From contig JAHQWL010000092.1 in NCBI GenBank assembly GCA_029856155.1, forward strand, positions 21,489-85,488: 64,000 bases of DNA. Direction: 5' to 3'. The DNA is from Promethearchaeia archaeon. GTDB lineage: Archaea; Asgardarchaeota; Lokiarchaeia; Sigyniarchaeales; SOKP01. Each line of letters starts with the position of its first letter. The first letter of the stretch is position 1. The position numbers were made by a program, and so were the translations under genes. The notes under the pieces were generated by a model that was given only the letters and a program-made list of their open reading frames with translations, had not been told where the DNA came from and did not search any database. Positions 39,476 through 49,175 of this stretch are shown in pieces.

Positions 39476-40042
39476 TTGGAAAAAAGCAAAATATTAATTG
39501 TTTATGGTACTCGTTACGGAGCGACAACTGGTACCGCAGAAGAGATTGGTAAAGTTCTTCGGGATGATGAAGGATTTGAGGTAAAAGTTGTAAATCTCAA
39601 AGAAGAGAAGGTCAAAGATGTCAAGGAATATGATCTTGTTATTATTGGAAGTGGAATGAAAATGGACATGTGGACGAGTAAAGCTAAAGCCTTTTTAAAC
39701 AAGTTTAGCAGTGAACTTAAGAAAAAGAAAGTGGCAATCTTCGTGTCTTCAGGAGGGCGAGCACTCATGGAATATAAAGGAGAATATGATGAAATAAGTA
39801 GAATTACTAAAAAATATCTTGAAGAAAAAGCTTCTAAATATGATTTGAATCCAATCTCGATGACCATGTTTGGAGGTATCTGGAATTATAACCAGATGGG
39901 TAAAATTTACAGAAAATTCTTAGATCCAGAAAAAGAGAATTTCGCTCCGGCAGGGTTTAAAGAAACAGAGCCAGGAGTTTACGATTCAAGAAATTGGGAT
40001 GAGATTCGTAAATGGGCTAAAGATTTAGCCAGTAAGATATAA
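39476..40042 (+). CDS. Flavodoxin-domain protein (HemG-like)
   Basis: 'IVYGTRYGATTGTAEEI', 'YDLVIIGS', 'DSRNWDEIRKWA'. Confidence 0.85.
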   Translation: MEKSKILIVYGTRYGATTGTAEEIGKVLRDDEGFEVKVVNLKEEKVKDVKEYDLVIIGSGMKMDMWTSKAKAFLNKFSSELKKKKVAIFVSSGGRALMEYKGEYDEISRITKKYLEEKASKYDLNPISMTMFGGIWNYNQMGKIYRKFLDPEKENFAPAGFKETEPGVYDSRNWDEIRKWAKDLASKI

Positions 40043-40199
40043 AACAACCTTAATTGGAGTAAATTGTCTTAAAACACTTTTTTATATTTCTTTTTTAAAT
40101 TCATTTAAATAATATTTAATTCAAAAGTCTCATTAAATCATCCATAGTTTAAAATAGTGTTTTTGATTTAATAATTAGAACTTAATGGATTGAAAATCT

Positions 40200-42380
40200 A
40201 TGATTTTAGCAGAAAAGAAATATGAAATCCAGGATGTCCAAAAAGGCTATGCAAATCGGACCTTATATATCAATCTTTCTAAAAATGAGATTGCTATTAA
40301 ACCAGTTTCTGATGAAATGAAAGAAAAATTTATTGGGGGGAAAGGTTTTGATTTATGGCTTATGTGGAATTCACTTCCGAAAGATAAAGTAATTAAGTGG
40401 GACGATCCTGAAAATGAAATATGTATTTCCTCTGGACCATTAGGAGGGAGTATCTTCTATCCAGGATCAGGTAAATCATTGGTGACTTCAATTTCTCCTT
40501 TAACAGGTATAATTGTGGATAGCAATGTAGGTGGTTACTTTGGACCATATCTTAAATTTTCTGGATTTGATGCTATTGAGATTCAAGGAAAAGCTGAACA
40601 CCATGTGATAATAATTATTGATGGAGTAGAAGGTTCAATCCATATAAAAAAAGTAGAATATTCGGATGAATTTTCAGAATATTCCCATGAACTCACTCAA
40701 CAATTAACAGAAAAATATGCTAAAGATGATGCTGAAAAAAGACAAATCTCAGTTGTTAGCAGTGGTCCAGCAGCTAGACATTCAAAATGGGGGATGTTAA
40801 ATTTTTCTTGGTATACAACAACACGTAAACATGCTTCTGTCAAGCAAGCTGGGAGGGGGGGAATAGGAACTGTATTTGCTAATAAAAATATAAAGGCACT
40901 AGTTTGTCGTTCTCCTAGAGTGACAATAAAATCAAATAATCCAGCAGATTTAGAGGCAGCTCGAGAATTAGGCAGAATCCATAGTAAAGAAATTGTAGAA
41001 ATTGATTCTTCACAGAATGAAATGAGGCGAGTTGGGACTGGTTATTTACCGGAGATTATGAATGTGGTTGATCTTCTTCCAACGGAAAATTTCAGGTATG
41101 GTTCTCATAAAGAGATCAAGGATAAAAACATACCTTATAATCGTGAAGAGATGCGTAAGGTTTATCATGTTAAAGAAGGAACAGACGGCTGTTGGATTGG
41201 CTGTACAATGTCTTGCTCACACTATACTCTTGGACATAAAGTCATGACTGGTCCATTTAAAGGTCAAGAGGTAATAGTTGATGGCCCTGAATATGAAACT
41301 ATCGCAGGATGTGGTTCCAATTGGGGTGTTTGGGATGTAAATTGGGTACTTGAAGTAAACTTCTACTGTGATACATATGGATTAGACACAATTTCAGTAG
41401 GAACGGGAATTGGTTTTGTAATGGAATGTTATGAGAAAGGGATATTAAATAAAGAAATAACGGGAGGACTTGAGCTTAATTTTGGAAATGCAAAGGCTGC
41501 AGTAGAATTATTACACCAAATGGCTTTAGGAGAAGGATTTGGAGTTATTATTGGTAAGGGAATAAGAGAAATGAAAAAATATTTTGCCGAAAACTATGGT
41601 GGTGATCCTCAATTTCTACACGATATTGGAATGGAACATAAAGGATTAGAATTTTCAGAATATATAACAAAGGAATCTCTCGCTCAACAAGGAGGATATG
41701 GCTTAGCACTCAAAGGACCACAACATGACGAAGCTTGGTTAATTTTTGAAGATATGGTAAGAAATACAATTCCAACTTTTGAGGATAAAGCCAAGGCACT
41801 TCGATGGTTCCCTTATTGGCGTACTTGGTTTGGTTTAAATGGTCTTTGCAAACTTCCTTGGAACGATGCGATAGGACCTCAAAATAAGGAGCTTACAGTG
41901 AAAGATCCTAAAACAGGAGAACTCCTACAAGCAAGGATACCTTATCATGTTGAATGGTATGCTAAATATTTTTCAGCTGTTACTGGGAGAAATTCAACAC
42001 CAGATGATCTCATAACAATGTCTGAAAGAGTATACAATTTCCAAAGAATTTTTAATATACGGCTAGGTCAAGGGTTACGAGAAGGGGATTCAAATTTCCC
42101 ATATAGAGCAATGGGACCAGTAACGCCATTAGAATATGAGAGTCGTCAGGAAAGATATGATACTCAACTTAAAGAGTTAGGATTTGAAATATCTGGCAAA
42201 AATACAGATGATAAGATAAAAATTCTAAGAAAACATCGCGAGGAGCAATATTCAAAACTTCAAGATGCAGTTTATAAAGAACGCGGATGGAATCAAAATG
42301 GTTGTCCTACAATCGAAAAAGTTAAAGAGTTAGGAATTGATTATGAAGATGTCATAAAATTCATAAAACCTCATCAATGA
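40200..42380 (+). CDS. Tungsten-containing aldehyde:ferredoxin oxidoreductase family
   Basis: 'SISPLTG', 'DSNVGGYFG', 'AGRGGIG', 'CWIGCTMSC', 'DGPEYET', 'CDTYGLDTIS'. Confidence 0.92.
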   Translation: MILAEKKYEIQDVQKGYANRTLYINLSKNEIAIKPVSDEMKEKFIGGKGFDLWLMWNSLPKDKVIKWDDPENEICISSGPLGGSIFYPGSGKSLVTSISPLTGIIVDSNVGGYFGPYLKFSGFDAIEIQGKAEHHVIIIIDGVEGSIHIKKVEYSDEFSEYSHELTQQLTEKYAKDDAEKRQISVVSSGPAARHSKWGMLNFSWYTTTRKHASVKQAGRGGIGTVFANKNIKALVCRSPRVTIKSNNPADLEAARELGRIHSKEIVEIDSSQNEMRRVGTGYLPEIMNVVDLLPTENFRYGSHKEIKDKNIPYNREEMRKVYHVKEGTDGCWIGCTMSCSHYTLGHKVMTGPFKGQEVIVDGPEYETIAGCGSNWGVWDVNWVLEVNFYCDTYGLDTISVGTGIGFVMECYEKGILNKEITGGLELNFGNAKAAVELLHQMALGEGFGVIIGKGIREMKKYFAENYGGDPQFLHDIGMEHKGLEFSEYITKESLAQQGGYGLALKGPQHDEAWLIFEDMVRNTIPTFEDKAKALRWFPYWRTWFGLNGLCKLPWNDAIGPQNKELTVKDPKTGELLQARIPYHVEWYAKYFSAVTGRNSTPDDLITMSERVYNFQRIFNIRLGQGLREGDSNFPYRAMGPVTPLEYESRQERYDTQLKELGFEISGKNTDDKIKILRKHREEQYSKLQDAVYKERGWNQNGCPTIEKVKELGIDYEDVIKFIKPHQ

Positions 42381-42417
42381 ATATTCTTATTCTTAATAAT
42401 TTATAATTAGATTCCAT

Positions 42418-44502
42418 ATGGAAGATATAACTAAACACCCTATTTTAGATATACCAGATAGAAAAAAGATTGCTTTTAGTTTTGATGAGAAAAAGTTAAT
42501 TGGTTTTGAAGGAATGGTTATATCTTCAGCACTTTTTCTAAATAAAATAAAAATCTTTGGCCATCATGTTAAAGATAATAGCCCACAAGGTATTTTTTGC
42601 GCAAATGGGCAATGTGCTCAATGTAATGTAATCGTGGATGGTATTCCAGTAAAAGCATGTATGACTCCTCTTAAAGAAGGTATGATAATAGAAAGTTGTA
42701 ATGGATTACCAGAATTACCTCCTGAAGATAATCCGATAACTATAGGAGATTCTGATATTGTTGATTGTGAAGTACTTGTAATTGGTGCGGGTCCAGCGGG
42801 ACTATCCGCTACGAAAATTCTGGGAGAAAATAATGTTAACGTTATTTTAATTGATGATAAAGCTGAACTTGGAGGTAAATTAGTCCTTCAGACTCACAAA
42901 TTTTTTGGTTCTCAAGAAGATGTATATGCTGGTAAACGTGGTATTGATATTGCTAAAATTTTAGGAAATTCTGTTAAAACTATATCGAATGTTCAAGTTT
43001 GGTTAAATAGTGTTTGTCTAGCAGTTTTTAGCGATGGATTAGTTGGTATTTTGAAAAATAATGAAGAATATGCATTGATAAAACCTAAGTATTTACTAAT
43101 TGCTACTGGTGCTAGAGAGAAAATGTTAGTTTTCCCAGGAAATACATTACCAGGAGTTTATGGAGCTGGAGCTTTTCAAACTATAGTTAATCGTGATTTA
43201 ATAAAAGCTGCAGATAAAATTTTTATTGTTGGTGGAGGTAATGTTGGCTTGATTGCAGGATATCATGCAATTCAAGCAGGTATAGAAGTAGTTGGCTTAA
43301 TTGAAGCTTTACCTCATTGTGGTGGATATAAAGTTCATGAGGATAAACTTAGAAGGTTAGGTGTTCCAATCTATACAAGTCATACTATTATTTCAGCTAA
43401 TGGTAATGAAGATGTTGAGTCTATAACAATAGCACAAATTGATAAAGATTTTAATGTTATATCTGGAACGGAAAAATCTTTTTCTTGTGATACTATTTTA
43501 ATTGCTGTAGGATTAAATCCTGTTGACGAATTTTATCAAAAGGCAAGGGAATTTGGATTTAGAGTTTGGGTAGCAGGTGATGCCCAAGAAATCGCAGAAG
43601 CTTCAGCTGCGATATTTACTGGCAGAATTGAAGCTTTAAAGATTCTTAATGAAATTGGAGTCGATATCTCAGAAAATGTAAGCGAGTTAGAAGAATTTGC
43701 TGAAATTATGAAAGCAAAACCACCACAACCTATTGAAACAGAAATTAAATTTAGAGAAGAAGGAGTTTATCCTGTTTTTTATTGTAACCAAGAAATTCCT
43801 TGTAATCCATGTACTACTGTATGTGATCAAGAGCAGATTGTAACTTTTGATAATTTGATTACCCAATTGCCATATTTTAAGGGTGAAAAAGAATGTATCG
43901 GATGTGGAAAATGTGTAGCTGTCTGTCCTGGATTAGCAGTTGTATTAATAGATTATCGAAAAGATAAGAATAATCCATTAGTTACCTTCCCATTTGAACT
44001 TAGTAATGAGAAGTTAGTAAAGGGACAAAAAATTATCGTGGTTAGTAATGAGAAAGAATTGGGAATTTTTGAAATTAATAGATCTCGAATATTAAAAGAA
44101 TTTCCTAAAACTCAACTCATAAGCGTTAAATTACCTTCAAATATTGCACAAAAAGCTGTAGGAATTAAACTTTATAAATCAAAATTCAATGAACCAATTG
44201 ATTTATACCAAAAAGCATTAACGGATGATGATACAATAGTTTGTAGATGTGAACGTGTGTCAATAGGCGAAATTCGAAAATGGATACGTTCTGGTGTTAA
44301 AGATTTCAATGAATTAAAGGCATTAACTAAAGTAGGAATGGGAGCTTGTGGAGGTAAAACCTGTACTCCTTTAATAGAAAGAATATTCCGAGAGGAAGGT
44401 ATATCAATAGATAAAATTACACCAGGTACAAAACGCCCCTTATTTATAGAAGTTCCAATGGGAGTATTTGCTAATACTAAAAATAAAAAGGAGGAGCTGT
44501 AG
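42418..44502 (+). CDS. Proline dehydrogenase / sarcosine oxidase alpha-like multidomain Fe-S flavoprotein (2Fe-2S, FAD, 4Fe-4S, BFD-like)
   Basis: 'FCANGQCAQC', 'GAGPAG', 'ATGARE', 'CIGCGKCVAVCP', 'VCRCE...GMGACGGKTC'. Confidence 0.82.
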   Translation: MEDITKHPILDIPDRKKIAFSFDEKKLIGFEGMVISSALFLNKIKIFGHHVKDNSPQGIFCANGQCAQCNVIVDGIPVKACMTPLKEGMIIESCNGLPELPPEDNPITIGDSDIVDCEVLVIGAGPAGLSATKILGENNVNVILIDDKAELGGKLVLQTHKFFGSQEDVYAGKRGIDIAKILGNSVKTISNVQVWLNSVCLAVFSDGLVGILKNNEEYALIKPKYLLIATGAREKMLVFPGNTLPGVYGAGAFQTIVNRDLIKAADKIFIVGGGNVGLIAGYHAIQAGIEVVGLIEALPHCGGYKVHEDKLRRLGVPIYTSHTIISANGNEDVESITIAQIDKDFNVISGTEKSFSCDTILIAVGLNPVDEFYQKAREFGFRVWVAGDAQEIAEASAAIFTGRIEALKILNEIGVDISENVSELEEFAEIMKAKPPQPIETEIKFREEGVYPVFYCNQEIPCNPCTTVCDQEQIVTFDNLITQLPYFKGEKECIGCGKCVAVCPGLAVVLIDYRKDKNNPLVTFPFELSNEKLVKGQKIIVVSNEKELGIFEINRSRILKEFPKTQLISVKLPSNIAQKAVGIKLYKSKFNEPIDLYQKALTDDDTIVCRCERVSIGEIRKWIRSGVKDFNELKALTKVGMGACGGKTCTPLIERIFREEGISIDKITPGTKRPLFIEVPMGVFANTKNKKEEL

Positions 44503-45669
44503 ATGGTCGAATATGATGTAGTTATTATTGGAGCCGGTAGTGTTGGAGTTCCTACAGCTTTAGCTACAGCAAATGATGACCTCAGAACGTTAGTAATTGA
44601 CTCCTTACCGTCAGTAGCACAAGCAGATAATAAACATGCTATTGGTGGTATCAGAGCTACTCACACTCATAAAGGAAAAATTTGGTTATGTCAAAGATCA
44701 ATTGAGATTTTTTCTTCTTGGGAAGAAAAATATGGAGACGATATTTGGTGGACTCAGGGGGGATATACATTCTTAGCATATACAAAAGAACACGAAAATT
44801 TGTTAAAGGATACTGTAAATCTTCAGAAAAGCTACAGCTTAAATATCAATTACGTTGATGCTGAGAAAATTAAAGAATTAATACCAGGGATTAATGATGA
44901 TAATTTATTAGGAGGAACTTATAGCCCTGAAGATGGTAATGCTTCTCCTTTATTGTCATTACATGCTTTTTTCCGACGATCAAAAGCTTTAGGTGCTTCT
45001 TATCATTTTAATGAAAAAGTTATAGATATTTTAACCCAAAACAATAAGGTTATTGGTATCAAAACGACTAAAGACCAATATAAAACCCAATCAATTATTA
45101 ATGCAACAGGAGCTCATGCTAAAGAAATTGGTAAAATAATTGGAATATATACACCAGTGGAACCAGAATCACATGAAGCGGGAATAACGGAACCAGTAAA
45201 AAAAATTTTTACACCAATGATAGTGGATATTAGACCTTGTTCTGATCCTAAATTTGGAGATTCTAAGAATTATTATTTCTACCAAAACAAAGAAGGCAAA
45301 ATTATTTTTTGCTTAACTCCAGATCCGAATATTTTAGGAACAGATCGTAGAGAAACAAGCTCTTTTTTGCCTCAAATTTCAAAGAGAATGATACAAATTC
45401 TGCCTCGTTTAAAAAATATAAAGATAAGACGAACATGGCGTGGTTTATATCCTATGACTCCTGATGGAAATCCTATTGTGGGAAAGGTAAATGAAATTGA
45501 AGGATATTTTAATTCTGTTGGAATGTGTGGTCAAGGCTTCATGCTAGGACCGGGATTAGGAGAACTTATTAGCCGTGTTTTGACAGAAAAAACAAACTCT
45601 AAGGATAAAGAGATCTTAGAAACTCTTTCTTATAATCGCGATTTTGGTATAGAAGAAGAATTGAAATAA
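44503..45669 (+). CDS. FAD-dependent DAO-family oxidoreductase (proline dehydrogenase / sarcosine oxidase beta-like)
   Basis: 'IIGAGSVG', 'RTWRGLYPMTPDGNPIVG', 'GMCGQGFMLGPG'; abuts the upstream gene. Confidence 0.85.
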   Translation: MVEYDVVIIGAGSVGVPTALATANDDLRTLVIDSLPSVAQADNKHAIGGIRATHTHKGKIWLCQRSIEIFSSWEEKYGDDIWWTQGGYTFLAYTKEHENLLKDTVNLQKSYSLNINYVDAEKIKELIPGINDDNLLGGTYSPEDGNASPLLSLHAFFRRSKALGASYHFNEKVIDILTQNNKVIGIKTTKDQYKTQSIINATGAHAKEIGKIIGIYTPVEPESHEAGITEPVKKIFTPMIVDIRPCSDPKFGDSKNYYFYQNKEGKIIFCLTPDPNILGTDRRETSSFLPQISKRMIQILPRLKNIKIRRTWRGLYPMTPDGNPIVGKVNEIEGYFNSVGMCGQGFMLGPGLGELISRVLTEKTNSKDKEILETLSYNRDFGIEEELK

Positions 45670-45756
45670 CAATTTTTAAAAAACAACCTCATCTGATTTA
45701 TATCTAACCTTTCTTTTTACTATTTAATTATCATCTAAATTTCTAAAGTAATTAGA

Positions 45757-46689
45757 ATGGTTCGACATTTATTAAAAGTCTCAGATTTTTCAAAGGAAGA
45801 GTGCGAGAGAGTTATTAATAAAGCAATCGAAATAAAGAACAATCCTAAGAAATTTTATTCTAGATTAGAAGGAGAGACATTATTAATGCTATTTGAGAAA
45901 CCTTCTTTAAGGACACGTATTTCTTTCGAAACTGGAATGCAACAGTTAGGTGGACATGCTATATTTTATTCGATAAAAGACTCTCCCTTAGGCAAAAAGG
46001 AAAACATTTCTGACACGGCAAAAGTTGCATCGAGATTTGTAAATATTATCGCAGCTCGTGTTTTTAAACGCCAAGATATCTGGGATCTTGCTAAATATGC
46101 CGATGTTCCAGTGATAAATATGCTGGATGATTTCGCACACCCATGCCAAATTTTAGGAGATTTTCAAACTATTAAAGAGAAAAAGAAAAGCTTAGAGAAA
46201 ATGAAACTCTCATACTTTGGGGATGCTCATAATAATGTAACTTATGATTTAATGCGAATTTGTGCTATATTTGGGTGGAGAATGGATGTTGCTTGCCCTA
46301 ATGCTCCCGAATATTCACCTGAACAAATAGTCTTAGAGGAGATTTCAGATTTGTCTAGAGGTACTGGTGCTAAAATAGAATTAGTCCATAATGCTCTTGA
46401 AGCTGCTCGAGATTCTGACGTGTTATATACTGATAGCTGGATGAGCTATGGAATACCACAAGAACAAGAAGTAGAACGGAAAAAAGCTTTTATGCCTTTT
46501 CAAGTTACAGCATCAATTATGAAAGAGGCAAAATCAGACGCGGTTTTTATGAATTGTCTACCAGCAATGAGAGAATATGAACAAACCACAGAGGTAATTG
46601 ATGGTCCTCAATCGATTGTTTTTGATCAAGCAGAAAATAGATTACATATCCAAAAAGCAATTATGCTCTTTTTACGGGATAAATATTAA
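45757..46689 (+). CDS. argF: Ornithine carbamoyltransferase
   Basis: 'FEKPSLRTR', 'HPCQ', 'YTDSWMS', 'NCLPA', 'QAENRLH'. Confidence 0.95.
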   Translation: MVRHLLKVSDFSKEECERVINKAIEIKNNPKKFYSRLEGETLLMLFEKPSLRTRISFETGMQQLGGHAIFYSIKDSPLGKKENISDTAKVASRFVNIIAARVFKRQDIWDLAKYADVPVINMLDDFAHPCQILGDFQTIKEKKKSLEKMKLSYFGDAHNNVTYDLMRICAIFGWRMDVACPNAPEYSPEQIVLEEISDLSRGTGAKIELVHNALEAARDSDVLYTDSWMSYGIPQEQEVERKKAFMPFQVTASIMKEAKSDAVFMNCLPAMREYEQTTEVIDGPQSIVFDQAENRLHIQKAIMLFLRDKY

Positions 46690-46847
46690 ATTAACATATT
46701 ATTACTATTTAGGATTAATTTTTTTTTAGAACAAATTTTTATCTATTTAATGTTTAAATTATAACATTTTAATTTCAAAACTGAAATGGTAGTTAAAGAT
46801 ACTTTAATTAGTTATATCTATTTAACATAATTGAGGATCTGAGTAAA

Positions 46848-48140
46848 ATGTATGAGATTGCATCAATTATACTTTCAGCGTTTCTATTTATAACCATAAT
46901 GGTAATTTTTACAAATGAACGAATTGACTATATTTCTTTTACATTACTGGCAGCAGTTATTGCATGTGTCGTTGCCGGGATTGCCTTTGGTGTTGGGTTT
47001 TCAGAATTTATGACCTATGTCGAATTTGAGCCGTTATTTTTTATTATTTGTATGCAAATAATAATTGTTATTCTGGAAGAACATAGAATATTTCGATGGA
47101 TTATCTTAAAAACCCTTCATTGGACGAAAGCTGATCATAGAAAATTCTTCTATTTGATCTGTTTTATAGCAAGTATGACATCAGCATTTATTTCTGATAT
47201 TACAGTAGGAATTATTTTTGTACCTATTGTTATAAGAGCATGTAAAATCATGAAAATAAACCCCGCACCATATCTTTTTGGTCTTAGTTTTACGATAAAT
47301 ATTGGATCAATTTACACTCCTTTTAGTTCAGCTGAGAACATTCTTATAGCAAATGCTTTTTCACTTAATTTTACTTACTTTATATCAAATTTTACTCTTG
47401 TAGTTATTCCAACCCTAATTTATACCCTTTTCCTTGTAGATTTTACCATGCTTAGAAAGCAAGAACCTCCTCCTAAAGAATATAGGAAAACTCTTCTTGA
47501 GGTCATGGATCCTAACATAGTTATTGTTAATAAAAAGAAATTTGTCTTCAATTCGATATATTTTGTTGGTGTCATTATTGGATTCATTATTATCCCTGCA
47601 GCTTATATAGTCGCTGTCGTTGGTGCGGTAATAATGTGCCTTTTAAATCGAAAAAAATTCACAGATGTTCTTCAAAAAACTGATCTAAAGGTGATTACAT
47701 TTTTTATCGGAATATTCCTCCTTATGGCTACAATGCAAATAAATGGAACTTTCATAATTATTGGCAATTTAGTAGGAAATTTCATCTCGGATAATGCTCT
47801 TATTGCAGCTATAACCATTTTGTTGATGATAAGTGTGTTATCAGGTTTTTTAGCCCAAATTCCAACAGCTCTCGTATTTATCACATTAATGCATAATATA
47901 TATGGTATTGGGCAAGTTCCTAACCTTATTATTATAGCAATTCTCCTAGGGATAAATATTGGCTCGAACTTTTTACCACAAGGAGCGGCATGCGATTTAA
48001 TAACTTTAAATCTCGCAGAAAAAAATGATGTGTCAGATTTCAACTATGATTCGTTATTAAAATATGGTTCTATGATGACTTTAGTGCACATTGGAGTTAG
48101 TATACTCTACTTAACTTTATATTCATTGATTATTCCTTAA
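46848..48140 (+). CDS. ArsB/NhaD (SLC13-like) ion transporter superfamily permease
   Basis: Many TM helices; 'SAFISD', 'NIGSIYTPFSSAENILI', 'NIGSNFLPQGAAC'. Confidence 0.78.
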   Translation: MYEIASIILSAFLFITIMVIFTNERIDYISFTLLAAVIACVVAGIAFGVGFSEFMTYVEFEPLFFIICMQIIIVILEEHRIFRWIILKTLHWTKADHRKFFYLICFIASMTSAFISDITVGIIFVPIVIRACKIMKINPAPYLFGLSFTINIGSIYTPFSSAENILIANAFSLNFTYFISNFTLVVIPTLIYTLFLVDFTMLRKQEPPPKEYRKTLLEVMDPNIVIVNKKKFVFNSIYFVGVIIGFIIIPAAYIVAVVGAVIMCLLNRKKFTDVLQKTDLKVITFFIGIFLLMATMQINGTFIIIGNLVGNFISDNALIAAITILLMISVLSGFLAQIPTALVFITLMHNIYGIGQVPNLIIIAILLGINIGSNFLPQGAACDLITLNLAEKNDVSDFNYDSLLKYGSMMTLVHIGVSILYLTLYSLIIP

Positions 48141-48255
48141 TTTAATATGCTTTAAGATAGTTAACCAAAATTCTGCCAGATAAATTTTAAATACTAAGTT
48201 AGATATTATTATTTTTTCTTTTGGTTTTAATTAATGTAATATCAGAGGTTTTTCT

Positions 48256-49173
48256 TTGAAAACGTTAATCGTAGCTCTTGGTGGGAACGCTTTAATAAAA
48301 TTTGGAGAAGAAGGCACTACAGAAGAACAGTTTAGGAATCTTAAAATTCCAATAAGTCAAATTGCGGAATTAGCAAGAAACTATAATATTATTATAACAC
48401 ATGGTAATGGCCCTCAAGTAGGAAATCTGCTACTACAACAAGAAGCTACAGAATTTGTATCAAAAAGACCTTTACAGATATTAGTAGCAGAAACTCAAGG
48501 TCAGATCGGATTCATGATTGAAAGTACTTTAGATGAAGAGCTTATGAAAATAGGTTTAGATGAGGAAAAACTTTTCTTAACAGTTCTTACTTATGTCAAG
48601 GTTGATCCTGAAGATCCTGCTTTTAAAAATCCTACAAAACCAATTGGACCTGCATATCCAGTCCGTACAAAACAAGGTCAAGTTAAGACAGCTAAAGGAT
48701 GGCGTCAAGTTGTTCCATCTCCTAAACCAAAAAAAATTTATCAATGGCGTGAAATAAAGAAATTAATGGAATTAGGAAGCTGGATTGTTATTGCTTGTGG
48801 TGGAGGAGGTATTCCAGTTATAAAAGAAGAAAAAAGATTATACGGGGTTGAAGCGGTGATAGATAAAGATCTTGCTAGCTCTAAATTAGCTGAACAAGTC
48901 AAGGCAAATATTCTTCTTATTGCTACTGATGTTGAGAAAGTTGCTATAAATTATGGGAAACCAGATCAAGAAGATTTAGAAAAACTTTCTGTATCTGATG
49001 CAAAAAAATATTTGAAAGAAGGACAATTTCCTGCTGGAAGTATGGGGCCTAAAATTCAAGCAGTTATAAATTTTTTGGAAGCAGGAGGAGAAAAAGCTAT
49101 AATTACTTCAATTGAAAAAATAAATGATGCCTTAGAAGGGAAAGCTGGTACTCAAATAATTTTAGATAATTAG
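48256..49173 (+). CDS. arcC: Carbamate kinase
   Basis: 'VALGGNAL', 'THGNGPQVG', 'PTKPIG', 'GGGGIPV', 'AVIDKD', 'GSMGPK'. Confidence 0.95.
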   Translation: MKTLIVALGGNALIKFGEEGTTEEQFRNLKIPISQIAELARNYNIIITHGNGPQVGNLLLQQEATEFVSKRPLQILVAETQGQIGFMIESTLDEELMKIGLDEEKLFLTVLTYVKVDPEDPAFKNPTKPIGPAYPVRTKQGQVKTAKGWRQVVPSPKPKKIYQWREIKKLMELGSWIVIACGGGGIPVIKEEKRLYGVEAVIDKDLASSKLAEQVKANILLIATDVEKVAINYGKPDQEDLEKLSVSDAKKYLKEGQFPAGSMGPKIQAVINFLEAGGEKAIITSIEKINDALEGKAGTQIILDN

Positions 49174-49175
49174 TT

